DNA of 64,000 nucleotides, taken from Pristiophorus japonicus. Its lineage: Eukaryota. The translations under genes were made by a program, and so were the position numbers. The notes under the pieces are model-generated. The model was not told the DNA's origin and ran no database searches. It worked only from the letters and a program-made list of their open reading frames with translations. Shown here one piece after another: positions 1-11,811 of the stretch (its first letter is position 1; the number at the start of each line of letters is the position of its first letter). The stretch covers positions 31,124,001 through 31,188,000 of the forward strand of contig NC_091996.1 in the NCBI RefSeq assembly GCF_044704955.1. The letters run 5' to 3'.

Positions 1-972
1 GCACATTCTGAGGTTGAACTCCAGGATATAGTCGATGTATTCACCGAGGCATATGAAAGCAAGGGCCTTACGCTTAACATCCGTAAGACAAAGGTCCTCC
101 GCCAGCCTGTCCTCGCCGCACAGCACTGCCTCCCAGTCATCAAGATTCATAGCGTGGCTCTCAACAACGTGGACCATTTCCCATACCTCGGGAGCTTTTT
201 ATCAACAAAAGCAGACATTGATGTGGAGATTCAACATTGCCTCCAGTGCGCCAGTGCAGCCTTCGGCCACCGGAGGAAGAGTGTTCGAAGACCAGGCCCT
301 CAAATCTACCACCAAGCTCATGGTCTACAGGTCTGCAGTAATACCCGCCCTCCTGTATGGATCAGAGTATGGACGATGTACAGAAGACACCTCAAGTCAC
401 TGGAGATATATCATCAACAATGTCTCCGCAAGATACTGCAAATCTCCTGGGAGGACAGACGCACCAACATCAGTGTCCTCGACCAGGCTAACATCCCCAG
501 TATTGAAGCACCGACCACACTCAATCAGCTTCGCTGGGCAGGCCACATAGTTCGCATGCAAGACACGAGACTCCCTCAGCAAATGTTCTATGTGGAGCTC
601 CTTCACGACAAACAAGCCAAAAGTGGGCAGGGAAACGTTATAAGGACAGCCTCAAAGCCTCCCTGATAAAGTGCGACATCACCACTGACACCTGGGAGTC
701 CCTGGCCCAAGACCGCCCTAGGTGGTGAAAGTGCATCCGGGAGGGCGTTGAGCACCTCGAGTCTCAACGCCGAGAGCGTGAAGAGGTCAAGCGCAGGCAG
801 CGGAAGGAGTGTGCGACAAGACAGTCCCACCCACCCCTTCCCTCGACTAATGTCTGTCCCACCTGTGACAGGGTCTGTGGCTCTCGTATTGGACTGTTCA
901 GCCACCAAAGAATTCACTTCAGAAGTGGAAGCAAGTCTTCCTCGATTCCGAGGGACTGCCTATGATGATGAC
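1..972 (+). mobile_element. RTE-clade LINE, 3' part (RT C-terminus, frameshifted; runs off window start)
   Basis: Translations VDHFPYLGS..IDVEIQH..ASAAFG, LLYGSE, QLRWAGHIVRM..RLP and C-terminal CPTCDRVCGSRIGLFSH; ends in (GAT)n tail; near-identical to 58016-59270. Confidence 0.9.
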
Positions 973-1350
973 TATTTCCAGCATTTTCTGTTTTCATTTC
1001 AGACCTCTGTATCTGAAACTTAATTTATCATTTGTTCTAATTTCCCACATTTTCCTTCTTTTTTAGGACCTACTCCCGTGTTTTTTCAAGCCTTCCCATT
1101 GTCTCACTGAGATGGTCAAACAGTTTTCTACAAAGCAATTTGCAGGTCATCCATCCCATTAATTTCCTCTCATTAATTTTTCGTTCACCCCTGCGCCCTT
1201 CACTTTTGCCAACCTACTAAAAATGTTTGTTTAACTTTCAGTTATGACCAAGGGTTACCTCCTAGAGTTAACTTGCATTTTCCAATTGTATATGCTGATT
1301 GTGTATTTCCAGCATTTTCTGTTTTTGTTTCAGATTTTCAGCAGTTGGAG
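973..1350 (+). mobile_element. Degraded Penelope-like terminal-repeat remnants
   Basis: Two copies of TTTCCAGCATTTTCTGTTTT..TTTCAGA, matching the reverse complement of the Penelope end at ~21335. Confidence 0.4.
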
Positions 1351-1552
1351 GTTTATTATTATTTTATCATTCACATTATTGCAGAAGTTATGTTTTTGAA
1401 AACAATGTACGTTTACTGCCTTGTTTTGGATACTATATATAAATTCTACTGTAATCCTCAAAAAGCTAAATTAGTTTGTAAATCATTTGTACTTTAAACA
1501 ACAACCAAACCACGTGTGAAATCAATGGGTGGGTGTTAATAACCATGGTGCG

Positions 1553-1940
1553 CAGTCTACGTGGAGCTCCTTCATGGCAAACGAGCCAAAGATGGGCAGC
1601 GGAAACGTTACAAGGACACCCTCAAAGCTTCCCTGATAAAGTGCGAAATCACCACTGACACCTAGGAGTCCTTGGCCGAAGACCGCCCTAAGTGGAGAAA
1701 GTACATCCAGGAGAGCGTTGAGCTCCTCGAAGCTCAACGCTGCGAGCGTGAAGAGGTCAGGGGCAGGCAGCGGAAGGAGTGTGCGGCAAACCAGTTCCAC
1801 CCGCCTCCTTCCCCCGACGAATATCTGTCCCACCTGTGACAGGGTTTGTGTTGGACTGTTCAGCCACCAAAGAACTCACTTCAGGAGTGGAAGCAAGTCT
1901 TCCTCGATTCCGAGGGACTGCCTATGATGATGATGATGAA
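1553..1940 (+). mobile_element. RTE LINE 3' fragment
   Basis: Same 3' sequence as 590-972, with (GAT)n tail. Confidence 0.88.
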
Positions 1941-2269
1941 GAGGCAGTGTATTCTATCACAATTAATACTGTAAAAGACGCAAAGTCACAACAACATTTC
2001 ACCTCGCCAAAAATACACACACAGCTCCTTCTGCTTACTGTAACTGGGGCACAGCCAGTCTCTTGTTCAAGAGTTACAGTCAATGACTTTTGCTGAGCAG
2101 CCCAAATGGGCAAAATGTCCATCCACCTCACAAAACATGCACACGCCAACAAAACGGCGCCAGTTTGCAATCAATGTCACGTTTACAGCGGACTTGTTTG
2201 GATGGCTGATAGAGAGAAAAAAAAGTTGTCAAAGTCCAGATGAGTGGCGCTGGCACAGTTTGGCATTGA

Positions 2270-2760
2270 CGGTGCAGGCGGGCGGCGGCTGGCGGTTGCT
2301 GGGCGCGGTGCGCGGTGGGAGTTGTAGTTCCGGCGGACACGCGGCCAGGCCGGGGAGCAGGGGGCGGGCGGAGGCGCGCGGACTACAGCTCCCGGCAGGC
2401 GCCGCGGCTTCAAGCCTACCTTCCGCGCCTGCTGAGCATGTCGTCCGCCGGCTGTGCGTGAAGGGGCTGAAAGGAAAAAGAAGAAAGCAAGACTCCGCTT
2501 GTTTGCGTCGGTTCTTCAAAGCCCCCCTCCTTCCCCCCCCCCCACACACAAAAAAACAGCGCAGTTCTTGAGCGAGCAACGATGGGGTCGAGGATTAAGT
2601 GAGTTTATTTCTCTCTCTCTCTCTCACGCTCCGGGGGGAAAATGTTGTTGTGGCGGTTGTGAAGTGAAGGCTTGCGCCTTCCCATGGAGATCATTGAGCA
2701 TCGCTAGGCCTCGGCATTCCTGGGACTCGCCTGTTCAGCACACCAGCGGCGCAGCTCACC
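2270..2760 (+). promoter_or_regulatory. CpG-island promoter/5'UTR region of DENND1A, with GC box and two ZNF143/THAP11-type ACTACAnnTCCC motifs
   Basis: CpG-dense non-TE block around the start codon; GGGAGTTGTAGTTC (2317-2330, minus), GGGGCGGG (2361), GACTACAGCTCCCGGCAGGC (2381-2400). Confidence 0.8.
2582..2598 (+). CDS. DENND1A: DENN domain-containing protein 1A (connecdenn 1, Rab35 GEF), coding exon 1
   Basis: ATG GGG TCG AGG ATT AA|GTGAGT = MGSRI(K), matching the vertebrate DENND1A N-terminus MGSRIK; strong donor; phase 2 fits exon 2; lies in a CpG island. Confidence 0.9.
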
Positions 2761-2767
2761 AAAACAC

Positions 2768-3393
2768 GGCAAGGGGATTTAAGTATAGGAGCAGGGAGGT
2801 CTTACTGCAGTTGTACAGGGCCTTGGTGAGGCCTCACCTGGAATATTGTGTTCAGTTCTGGTCTCCTAATCTGAGGAAGGACGTGCTTGCTATTGAGGGA
2901 GTGCAACGAAGGTTCACCAGACTGATTCCCGGCATGGCTGGACTGACATCAGGAAAGACTGGACCGACTAGGCTTATATTCACTGGAATTTAGAAGGATG
3001 AGAGGCGATCTCATACAAACATATAAAATTCTGACGGGACTGGACAAGTTAGATGCAGGAAGAATGTTCCCGATGTTGGGGGAAGTCCAGAACCAGGGGA
3101 CACAGTCTCAGGATAAGGGGTAAGCCATATCGGACCGAGATGAAGAGAAACTTCTTCACTCAGAGAATTGTTAGCCTGTGGAATTCTGACCGCAGAGAGT
3201 TGTTGATGCCAGTTTGTTGGCTATATTCAAGAGGGAGTTAGATATGGCCCTTACGGCTAAAGGGATCCAGGGGTATGGAGAGAAAGCAGGAAAACGGTAC
3301 TGAGTTGAATGATCAGCCATGATCTTATTGAATGGTGGTGCAGGCTCGAAGGGCCGAATGGCCTACTCCTGCACCTATTTTCTATGTTTCTAT
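2768..3393 (+). mobile_element. CR1 LINE 3' fragment
   Basis: [30 protein letters not shown]; 3'UTR ending in (TTTCTATG)n. Confidence 0.92.
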
Positions 3394-3619
3394 ATTTCAC
3401 CCCCAGACTGCAAGTCAGTCAGCTTTTTTAAAAAAAAAATGTGCTCCTCTTCATAAAGAGTTGGGTACAGTAACTATGTGAATTCTATCTATGTTTGTTA
3501 ATGGCCATGGAAGTAAGAGAAACATGATCTGATGACACCTGGAACATTGATGCCCATGCATCCAGGTAAATGTGTCAGCATCTGCCACTATTCCATTCCA
3601 TTTCATTTCATTTCATTTT

Positions 3620-4190
3620 CATCATCATCATCATTATAGGCGGTCCCTTGAAGTGACGATGACTTGCTTCCACGTCAAAAAGGGATGAGTTCACAGGTGT
3701 TTCAATGAAGGACCTAATGATCCAGATCCCAAAGGGTGGAAGATGCCTTGCGTGGATTTTTTTAACGTGTGGTGGCCGTTGCACACCAGTCACCACATGG
3801 GCTTGACCGAGCTAGGTCTTGGTCCAGTGGCAAGGGTTAACCAAGACGACTGGAGACCTGCTCTGCTGCACGGACCCAGTGCATGCACATATCGCAGTGT
3901 GGGCTGGCCTGTGCTGCCCTTGAGGCCCCTAACTCAAGTCTCCCCTGGGCCCCGATCATATCCCTCCACAGTCTCTCACAGCTTCTTTGCCCCGACCTCG
4001 CTGCTCCTGCCCACGCTCCAATCACTGACGACGTTGCTGACATCACTTTTCGCTGCTGTTGCCCTCCTGCACCAGCTCGCGCTGTACCTTGTAGTGGCAT
4101 GCCTCCACGCCGCTCCCAGGCCGCCGCTCCTTTTATGGCCCCGACCTGCCGCTGATGGTCATTCGCAGGTTGGGGCCTCCACGCTGCATG
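3620..4190 (-). mobile_element. RTE-related non-autonomous retroelement (RTE 3' tail plus structured non-coding body)
   Basis: Left end is the reverse complement of the RTE tail (GTGGAAGCAAGTC..GGGACCGCCTAT..(GAT)n); the body has no RT coding. Confidence 0.65.
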
Positions 4191-4231
4191 GATCTTTAGG
4201 CGGATGAGAAAGGTTTCTGAGCTCCACGCTA

Positions 4232-5040
4232 GCAGATGCAATATAATGTGGATAAATGTGAGGTTATCCACTTTTGTGGCAAAAACACAAAGGCAGAATA
4301 TTATCTGAATGGCGGCAAATTAGGAAAAGGGGAAGTGCAGCGAGACCTGGGTGTCATGATACATCAGTCATTGAAAGTTGGCATGCAGGTTCAGCAGGCA
4401 GTGAAGAAGACAAATGGTATGTTGTCCTTCATAGCTAGGGGATTTGAGTATAGGAGCAGGGAGGTCTTACTGCAGTTGTACAGGGCCTTAATGAGGCCTC
4501 ACCTGGAATATTGTGTTCAGTTTTGGGCTCCTGATCTGAGGAAGGACGTTCTTGCTATTGAGGGAGTGCAGCGAAGGTTCATCAGACTGATTCCTGGGAT
4601 GGCAGGACTGACATATGAGGAGAGACTGGATCGACTGGGCCTGTATTCACTGGAGTTTAGAAGGATGAGAGGGGATCTCATAGAAACATATAAAATTCTG
4701 AAGGGACGTTCCCGATGTTTGGGAAGTCCAGGACCAGGGGACATAGTCTAAAGATAAGGGGTAAACCATTTAGGACTGAGATGAGGAGACACTTCTTCAC
4801 TCAGAGAATTGTTAACCTGTGGAATTCCCTACCGCAGAGAGTTGTTGATGCCAGTTCGTTAGATATATTCAAGGGAGAGTTAGATATGGCCCTTACAGCT
4901 AAAGGGATTAAGGGGTATGGAGAGAAAGCAGGAAAGAGGTACTGAGGTGAATGATCAACCATGATCTTATTGAATGGTGGTGCAGGCTCGAAGGGCCACA
5001 TGGTCTACTACTGCAACTGTTTTCTATGTTTCTATGTTTC
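4232..5040 (+). mobile_element. CR1 LINE 3' fragment
   Basis: ORF 4236-4751 ([23 protein letters not shown]) and TTTCTATG tail. Confidence 0.92.
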
Positions 5041-5959
5041 TTGCAAAGGCCACTGGTACTGGATGCATGTGGTCTGGATTTTATAGGTGAAGCTGCTACA
5101 TTTGAGTGATTAAATGTCAAGGATGACATGATCAGGAGAATGGTGAACCGTTTAGAAATTGTTCCATATATAGCTGACCTGTTGAACTGCAACCAGTGAT
5201 TGAAGTTTAACATTGTTGTGTTTTCACTCATTTTATTTTGATGGTGAGGACGATTTTGGTGCCTGGATTGAAATGATCCTCCCACTGAATATTTACACAG
5301 GCGTCTTTCGTTTCGCAAGATTTTCCAATAATGATGTGATTGTTGCCGAAAAGCCACTGAAGTCTTTTGGGGAGTTCTATATCGCCTTTATAAATTTAGA
5401 AATTTTAATGAAATAACCAGGCAGATTTAAAATTGTGTTAGAAAACTGATGGCATGGTGCTTTATATAGTTACCAAATGGCCATGTCAGCATGGCTGCAC
5501 AGGATCATGCAGCATACATAGTTAAAGTGTTTTAAGTTTGTTTGATTACTTTTTAAAGTATAAAAATAATTGTGGTTTTTGCTTATTTAACAAGGATACA
5601 GGATACGTCTCAATGGATTTCAAGTTAATATAACAGTCATGACTTCAGATTATGTCATTGACAGTGTGGGTTGATCGCCAACAGTTTGGTATCCGAATCT
5701 CAAAATTGATTCCTGCCTTAGAGTCTATGTATTTGGCATAAACAAATATAATTGTTTCATGTAGGAAGCTTCAGTTTTAATTTGAGAAGTTTAAATGAAA
5801 CGTTAAAGCCTTAGAGCAGAATATTGCCACATTTGACGGAAAAATGAGGAAAATTAGGAAGTATGATGAGGTAATCTGCGCGAATTTTCTAAGTCTGAAG
5901 ATTATAGGAGGAAGGAAAGAATGATGCAGGTAAGGAGTTCTAAGGATTGAATTAAAAAA

Positions 5960-7025
5960 AATGTTTAATTCATGGGATGTGGCTATTGCTGGCAAGGCCG
6001 GCATTTATTGCCCATCCCTAATTGCTCTCGAGAAGGTGGTGGTGGGCCACCTTCTGGAACCGCTGCAGTCCTTGTGGTGAAAGTACTCCCACAGTGCTGT
6101 TAGGTAGACAGTTCCAGGATTTTGACCCAGTGACGATGAAAGAATGACAATATATTTCCAAGTCGGGAAGGTGTGTGACTTGGAGGGGTACTTGGAGGTG
6201 GTGGTGTTCCCATGCACTTGCCAACCTTGACCTTCCAGGTGGTAGAGGTCACGGGTTTGGGAGGTGCTGTCAAAAAAGCGAGTTGCTGCAGTGCATCCTG
6301 TAGATGGTATACACTGCAGCTATGTTGTGCTGATGGTGGAGGGAGTGAATATTCAAGGTGTCGGATGGGGTGCAGATCAAGTGGGCTGCTTTGTCCTGGA
6401 TTGTGTTGAGCTTCTTGAGTTGTTGGAGCTGCACTCATCCAGGCAAGTGGAGAGTATTCCATTACACTCCTGACTTGTGCCCTGTAGGTGGTGGAAAGGC
6501 TTTGAGGAGTCAGGAGGTGAGTCACTTGCTTTAGAATACCCAGCTTCTGATTTGCTCTTGTCGCCACAATATTTACATGGCTGGTCCAGTTAAGTTTCTG
6601 GACCCCCAGGATATTGATGGTGGGAGATTTGGCATAGGGAATCCTGTTGAATGTCATGGGGAGGTGATTAATCTCTTGTTGGAGATGGTCATTGCTTGGC
6701 ACTTGTGTGGCATGAATGTTACTTGCCACTTATCAGCCCAGGCCTGGATGTTGTCCAGATCTTGCTGCATGTGGGCACAGAGTGCTTCATTAGCTGAGGG
6801 ATTATGAAAGGAACTGAACACTGCAATCATCAGCAAACATCCCCACTTCTGACCTTATGATGAAGGGAAAGTCATTGATGAAGTAGCTGAAGATGGTTGG
6901 GCCGAGGACACTGCCCTGAGGAACTCCTGCAGCGATGTCCTGGGGCTGAGATGATAGGCCTTCACCAACCACAACCATCTTCCTTTGTGCTGGGTATGAC
7001 TTGAGCTAGTGGAGAATCTTCCCCC
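5960..7025 (-). mobile_element. CR1-clade LINE (second family), RT C-terminal fragment
   Basis: Minus-strand DLDNIQAWADKWQVTF, LNWTSHV, YRAQVRSVMEYSPLAW. Confidence 0.85.
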
Positions 7026-7436
7026 TGATTTGAGATCCTGGAAAAGAATGTTGGAACAGGAGACATTGACAAGGTGTCTTAATTTCAACACTTGGCGGGG
7101 GAAGAGTGTGCAATACAGCAAATAGCTTATCTAACAAAGAATGTGGGAGAGGCATTGGAAGAGCTTCCTGTTATCTCGTCAACCACTATCGAAAGAATGT
7201 GTTGCTGTTTTTCTGATGACTCACTGGAGTTAATCCTTGTGAAGCTCCATCCCTGACATGGACTCTTGCTATTGGTGAGAGTGGACCAGAACACGAGGGC
7301 TGGTGTTGTCGCTCCTACTCCTTTCGTCTAGCAAGGCTCCATGTTGGGAGTGGAGTCTCACAGCATTACTACTATTGATTAGCGGAGCCATAGAGACCAG
7401 AAAGGTCCCAGATTTGATTTCTGATCATAGAATAGT

Positions 7437-7976
7437 CATTATCATCATAGGCAGTCCCTCGGAAGACTTGCTTCCACTCCCAAAGTGAATTCTTTGATGG
7501 CTGAACAGTCCGATACGAGAGCCACAGACCCTGTTACAGGTGGGACAGACATTCATCGAGGGAAGGGGTGAGTGGGGCCGCGTGCTCCTTCCGCTGCCTG
7601 CGCTTGACCTCTTCACGCTCTTTGCGTTGAGACTCGAAGAGCTCAACACCCTCCCGGATGCACTTTCTCCACCTCGGGCGGTCTTCGGCCAGGGTCTCTC
7701 AGGTGTCAGTGGTGATGTCGCACTTTACCAGGGAGGCTTTGAGGGTGTGTCCTTATAACGTTTCCGCTGCCCACCTTTGGCTTGTTTACCATGAAGGAGC
7801 TCCGCATAAAGCATTTGCTTAGGGGGTCTTGTATCTGGCATGCGAACTATGTGGCCTGCCCAGTGAAGCTGATCGAGTGTAGTCAGTGCTTCAATATTGC
7901 GGATGTTAGCCTGGACGAGGACACTGATGTTGGTGCACCTGGCCTCCTAGGGGTTTTGCAGGATCCCCAAATCCTG
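7437..7976 (-). mobile_element. RTE LINE 3' fragment with 11-bp TSD, inserted into a CR1 tail
   Basis: Reverse complement of the RTE 3' end; CATAGAATAGT at 7426-7436 and 7977-7987. Confidence 0.88.
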
Positions 7977-8340
7977 CATAGAATAGTACAGCACAGGAGG
8001 CCATTGGGCCCATCGAGTCTGCGCCGGCTCTTTCAAAGAGCAATCTAGTCCCATTCCCCTGCTCTTTCCCCATATCCCTACAATTTTTTTTTCTTTCAAG
8101 TATTTATCCAATTCTCTTCTGAAGGCTACTATTGAATCTGTATCCACCACCCTATCGGGCAGTGCATTCCAAATCCTAACCATTCGTTGTGTAAAATAGT
8201 TTTGCCTCTGGTCCTTTTGCCAATCACCTTAAATCTGTGTCCTCTGGTTACTGACCCTTTAGTCATTGGAAACAGTTTCTCTTTATTTACTCCATCTAAG
8301 CTCTTCATTATTTCAAATACCTCTATCAAATCTGCTCTCA
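7977..8340 (-). mobile_element. CR1 LINE 3' fragment
   Basis: Minus-strand LIEVFEIMK..TRGHRFKV and VRIWNALP. Confidence 0.8.
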
Positions 8341-9854
8341 GGAAAACATCCTGTGCTGATTTAATTGACCGCCATGCTGCAATTAGAAAGTGTATAATCG
8401 TCCAGAATTCCCATTCCTGACTGTTAACTACCGACCCGTGCTGGAATTCCATATGTGTGGACGTCCGATGAGGTCAGGTTCAAGTTTGACTCTGATGTCC
8501 CTTGCAGTTGAATAGCCTGCTGATATTTATTGTCAAGACTACCAAATGATTGAGGACCACTTAGTTGAGATATTGGAGGGTGCCCATGAAATTGTACCCT
8601 AACAAGGGCTCGACACATTGAAGCGAAAGACTAAGTAATGCCGTTTAGTTGTATTTTTGTTGGCCAAAATGCTGTTAATTTGTTACGTGGCACAGAACCA
8701 CAAGGAGCATCAGTTTTGTGATACAGAACCTGCAGTATTACCACATTATTTTTGATGATGAATTTATCTGTAATTCCCTGTCATGTATGAATTGTATTTA
8801 TAATTAATGGTTCAAAGGAGGAGCTACAGGGTGCAATTTTAAAACAATAATTTAGGCTAACAGCTAATTATCTGTAATTTAAGCAACAATTAAATGTTAA
8901 TCCTTATGCAAAGTGCTGCATTTAATTTTTCAGCTACAGCAAAGCTTCATTAAATTGCAACAAATCATTTGTTGTGCCTTTACTCAGAAATAATTTTTTG
9001 TGCAAGTACACATTTATTAATCAAATGACATTTGTTGATATGGTAATCTAGGAAGTAAATTTCTGTAAAAGTGCATTGAGGCACCAATCACAAAAGTTGA
9101 TGCATGTTAGGACAGGGAGAAGTATAGCATAGAATTTACAACATAGAACCAAGCCATTCGGCCCGACTGGTCCATGGCAGTGTTTTTGCTCCACACGAGC
9201 TCCCGAACCCCTTTCTTCATCTAACCCTTTGACTTGCATTATAGTTTTGTGCTTGTAATGTATTATTTTCTTTGTATAATATTTAGCTTACTGTTTAAGA
9301 CAAGTTTTACTTGCAGGGTACTAACTCCTCATTAACAGTACAATGTGCAGCATTGTGTAATGGGAATGCTATTTTAAAATATTAGAGGTGGTTCAACTTC
9401 TTGATTTTTTTTAACTTTCAAGGGGATTATCTGTGTTCATTGGGCCTCGTTTTATCAACTCTTTGTGACAAGTGATGTCCATTGGTCCAAGTACTGCAGA
9501 AAAGGGCTATCATTTACTGTAGGGCATGATGTACAGGAGCAAATGGCATTGAAATTATACTTTTAAAGTATACATTTCTACTATGCCTATTTTATCATAA
9601 CTGGATCGGCTAGTGGAACAGCTCAAACTTCTAAACAGCGTGTGCAGACCAAACAACACTTGATTCAGGGGTGACCATGTATTATTCAGTCAAATTTGAA
9701 GTGTTTATAAGTTAAATCAATCTGAGGGGCAAGATAACATGCTATTAACACGGAAACTTACTCTTAAAAAATCATGGTCTTGAGCAAGAATTAATTTCAA
9801 TCGTGGTTATTATCGATTCAGTACGGATATCGTGTTGAAAATGATTTTTTATTC

Positions 9855-10095
9855 ATTTATTGCCCATCTCTGGTTGCTCTGAGACGCCGGTGGTGAGCCA
9901 CCTTCTTGAACCGCTGCAGTTCATGTGGTGAAGGGACTCCTACAATGCTGTTGGGTCGTGAGTTCCAGGATATTGACCCAGCGACAATTTAGGAACGGTG
10001 ATGTATCTCTAGGTCAGGATGGTGTGTGACTTGGTGGGGGACATGGAGGTGGTGGCACTTGGGTTTGGGAGGTGCTGTAGAAAAAGTCTTGGTGA
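9855..10095 (-). mobile_element. CR1 (second family) 3' end fragment
   Basis: Similar to 6005-6270. Confidence 0.7.
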
Positions 10096-10721
10096 GTTCT
10101 CCTAATTTTCTCTGACTTCCTCTAAAGGATCTGATTAATACTTCGGTATGGTTCCATGGATGTTGACATCCTTGTGGTATGTTGCCCAAGTGGTCATTGA
10201 CTGTAAGTGATGGGGAGTGTTGGAAGGCTGTTTGACCATGGGAGACAGTACTGCAGAGCTCAATTCAATCCTCATCCAATGTCCATACCTGAAACCTTTC
10301 CATCAGGAGTCACTTGATAGCGATCAGGAGCAGGGCCCTTTGTTGTTTTCATACCCCTCTCCCACTTTACTCCATATTTTGGGAATATTGAGGTCGATTG
10401 TCATGCCCTAACTACAACCTTGACTGAAATTAATAACTTATCACAGTCCAGTAGTTGAAACTGGAACATACTTGATCTGTCTGGCTGTTTGTACATTTAT
10501 TTTCCTAGTTAGAGTCAAACTTGGTCACATAATAGCAGCAAGAAATTTGCATCATTCAACCAAGTTCCAAAAATCACTGTAGGTTGATACCACAAGAATA
10601 CAAACAGCACAGCTAATAAGTTATACATTGGATAACTGTCGATAATTTGTTTGATTACATTTTTATTTTCCCAAGCAAAATAAAACTCTTCGGGCTCTCC
10701 CAATAGCTCAAAGTATTTATC

Positions 10722-11310
10722 AAGAACAACTTGTATTTAGGTATATAACACCTATAACACAGTAAAACGTTCCAAGGCATTTCACAGGAGCGTTAATGAA
10801 CACAACACCGATCCACGTAAGGAGTTATTAAGGCAGATATAGGTATGTTTTAAGGAATGTCTTAAAGGAGGAAAAAGAGAGAGAGGCGGAGAGGTTTAGG
10901 GAGGGAATTCCAGAGTGTAGTGCCCTGACAGCTGAAGGCACGGCCACCAATAAATGGTGTAGCGATTGAAATCGGGATGCTCAAGAGGCCAGAATTAGAG
11001 GAGCACAGATATGTCGGAGGGTATGGAACTGGAGGAGATTACAGAAATATGGAAGGGCAAGGCCATGGAGGGATTTGAAAACAAGGATGAGATTTTTAAA
11101 TTCAAGGCATTGCTTAACCGGGAGCCAATGTCGGCCAGTAAGCATAGGAGTGATTGATGAACAGGACTTGGTGCAAGTTAGGACATGGGCAGCAGAGTTT
11201 TGGATGACTTCAAGTTTACGGAGTTGGAATAGTCAATTCTAGAGATAACAAAGGCATATGGATGGGGCTTTCAGCAGCAGATGAGCTGAGGCAGGGGTGG
11301 AGTCTGGTGA
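10722..11310 (-). mobile_element. L2-type LINE 3' fragment
   Basis: Tail AACAACTTGTATTT.. and body shared with 20420-21045 and 41068-41422. Confidence 0.7.
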
Positions 11311-11353
11311 TGTTCCCTGTCAAGGGCAGCATTTGACACACTACAATTGTCAC

Positions 11354-11805
11354 CCGTGGCTCGGTGGTAGCACTCTCGTCTCTGAGTCAGAAGGTTGAGA
11401 GTTTAAATCCCACTCCAGAGACTTGAGCATAAAGATCTAGGCTGACAATCCAGTGCAATAGTGAGGGAGTGCTGCACTGTTGGAGGTGCCATCTTTCAGA
11501 TGAGACGTTAAAGCAAGGCACATTCTGCTCTCTTAGATGGACGTAAAAGATCCCACTGTTTCGACGAAAAGTAGGGGAGTTACCCTGGTGTCCTGGCTAC
11601 TATTTATCCTTCAATCAACATAACAAATTGAATGTATCTAGTGACTATCACATTGTTGTTTGTGGGAGCTTGCTGTGCGCAAATTGGCTGCCAGGTTTCC
11701 CACATTACAGTGACTACACTCCAAAAGTACTTCATTGGCTGTAAAGTGCTTTGAGACGTCCGGTGGTCGTGAAAGGCGCTAGATAAATGCAAGTATTTCT
11801 TTTTT
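11354..11805 (+). mobile_element. tRNA-headed Deu-domain-type SINE (SacSINE1-like)
   Basis: A/B-box-like head (GTGGCTCGGTGGTAG..GTTTAAATCCC), central body repeated at 15300, 29743 and 55091, L2-like tail ATAAATGCAAGT. Confidence 0.75.
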
Positions 11806-11811
11806 TTTCTT

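Noticed and set aside
2454-2993. 179-aa ORF at the promoter
   Set aside because: Chimera of 5'UTR, intron and CR1 sequence; not in the DENND1A frame
11354-11420. tRNA gene
   Set aside because: A/B boxes run directly into a SINE body; no complete cloverleaf
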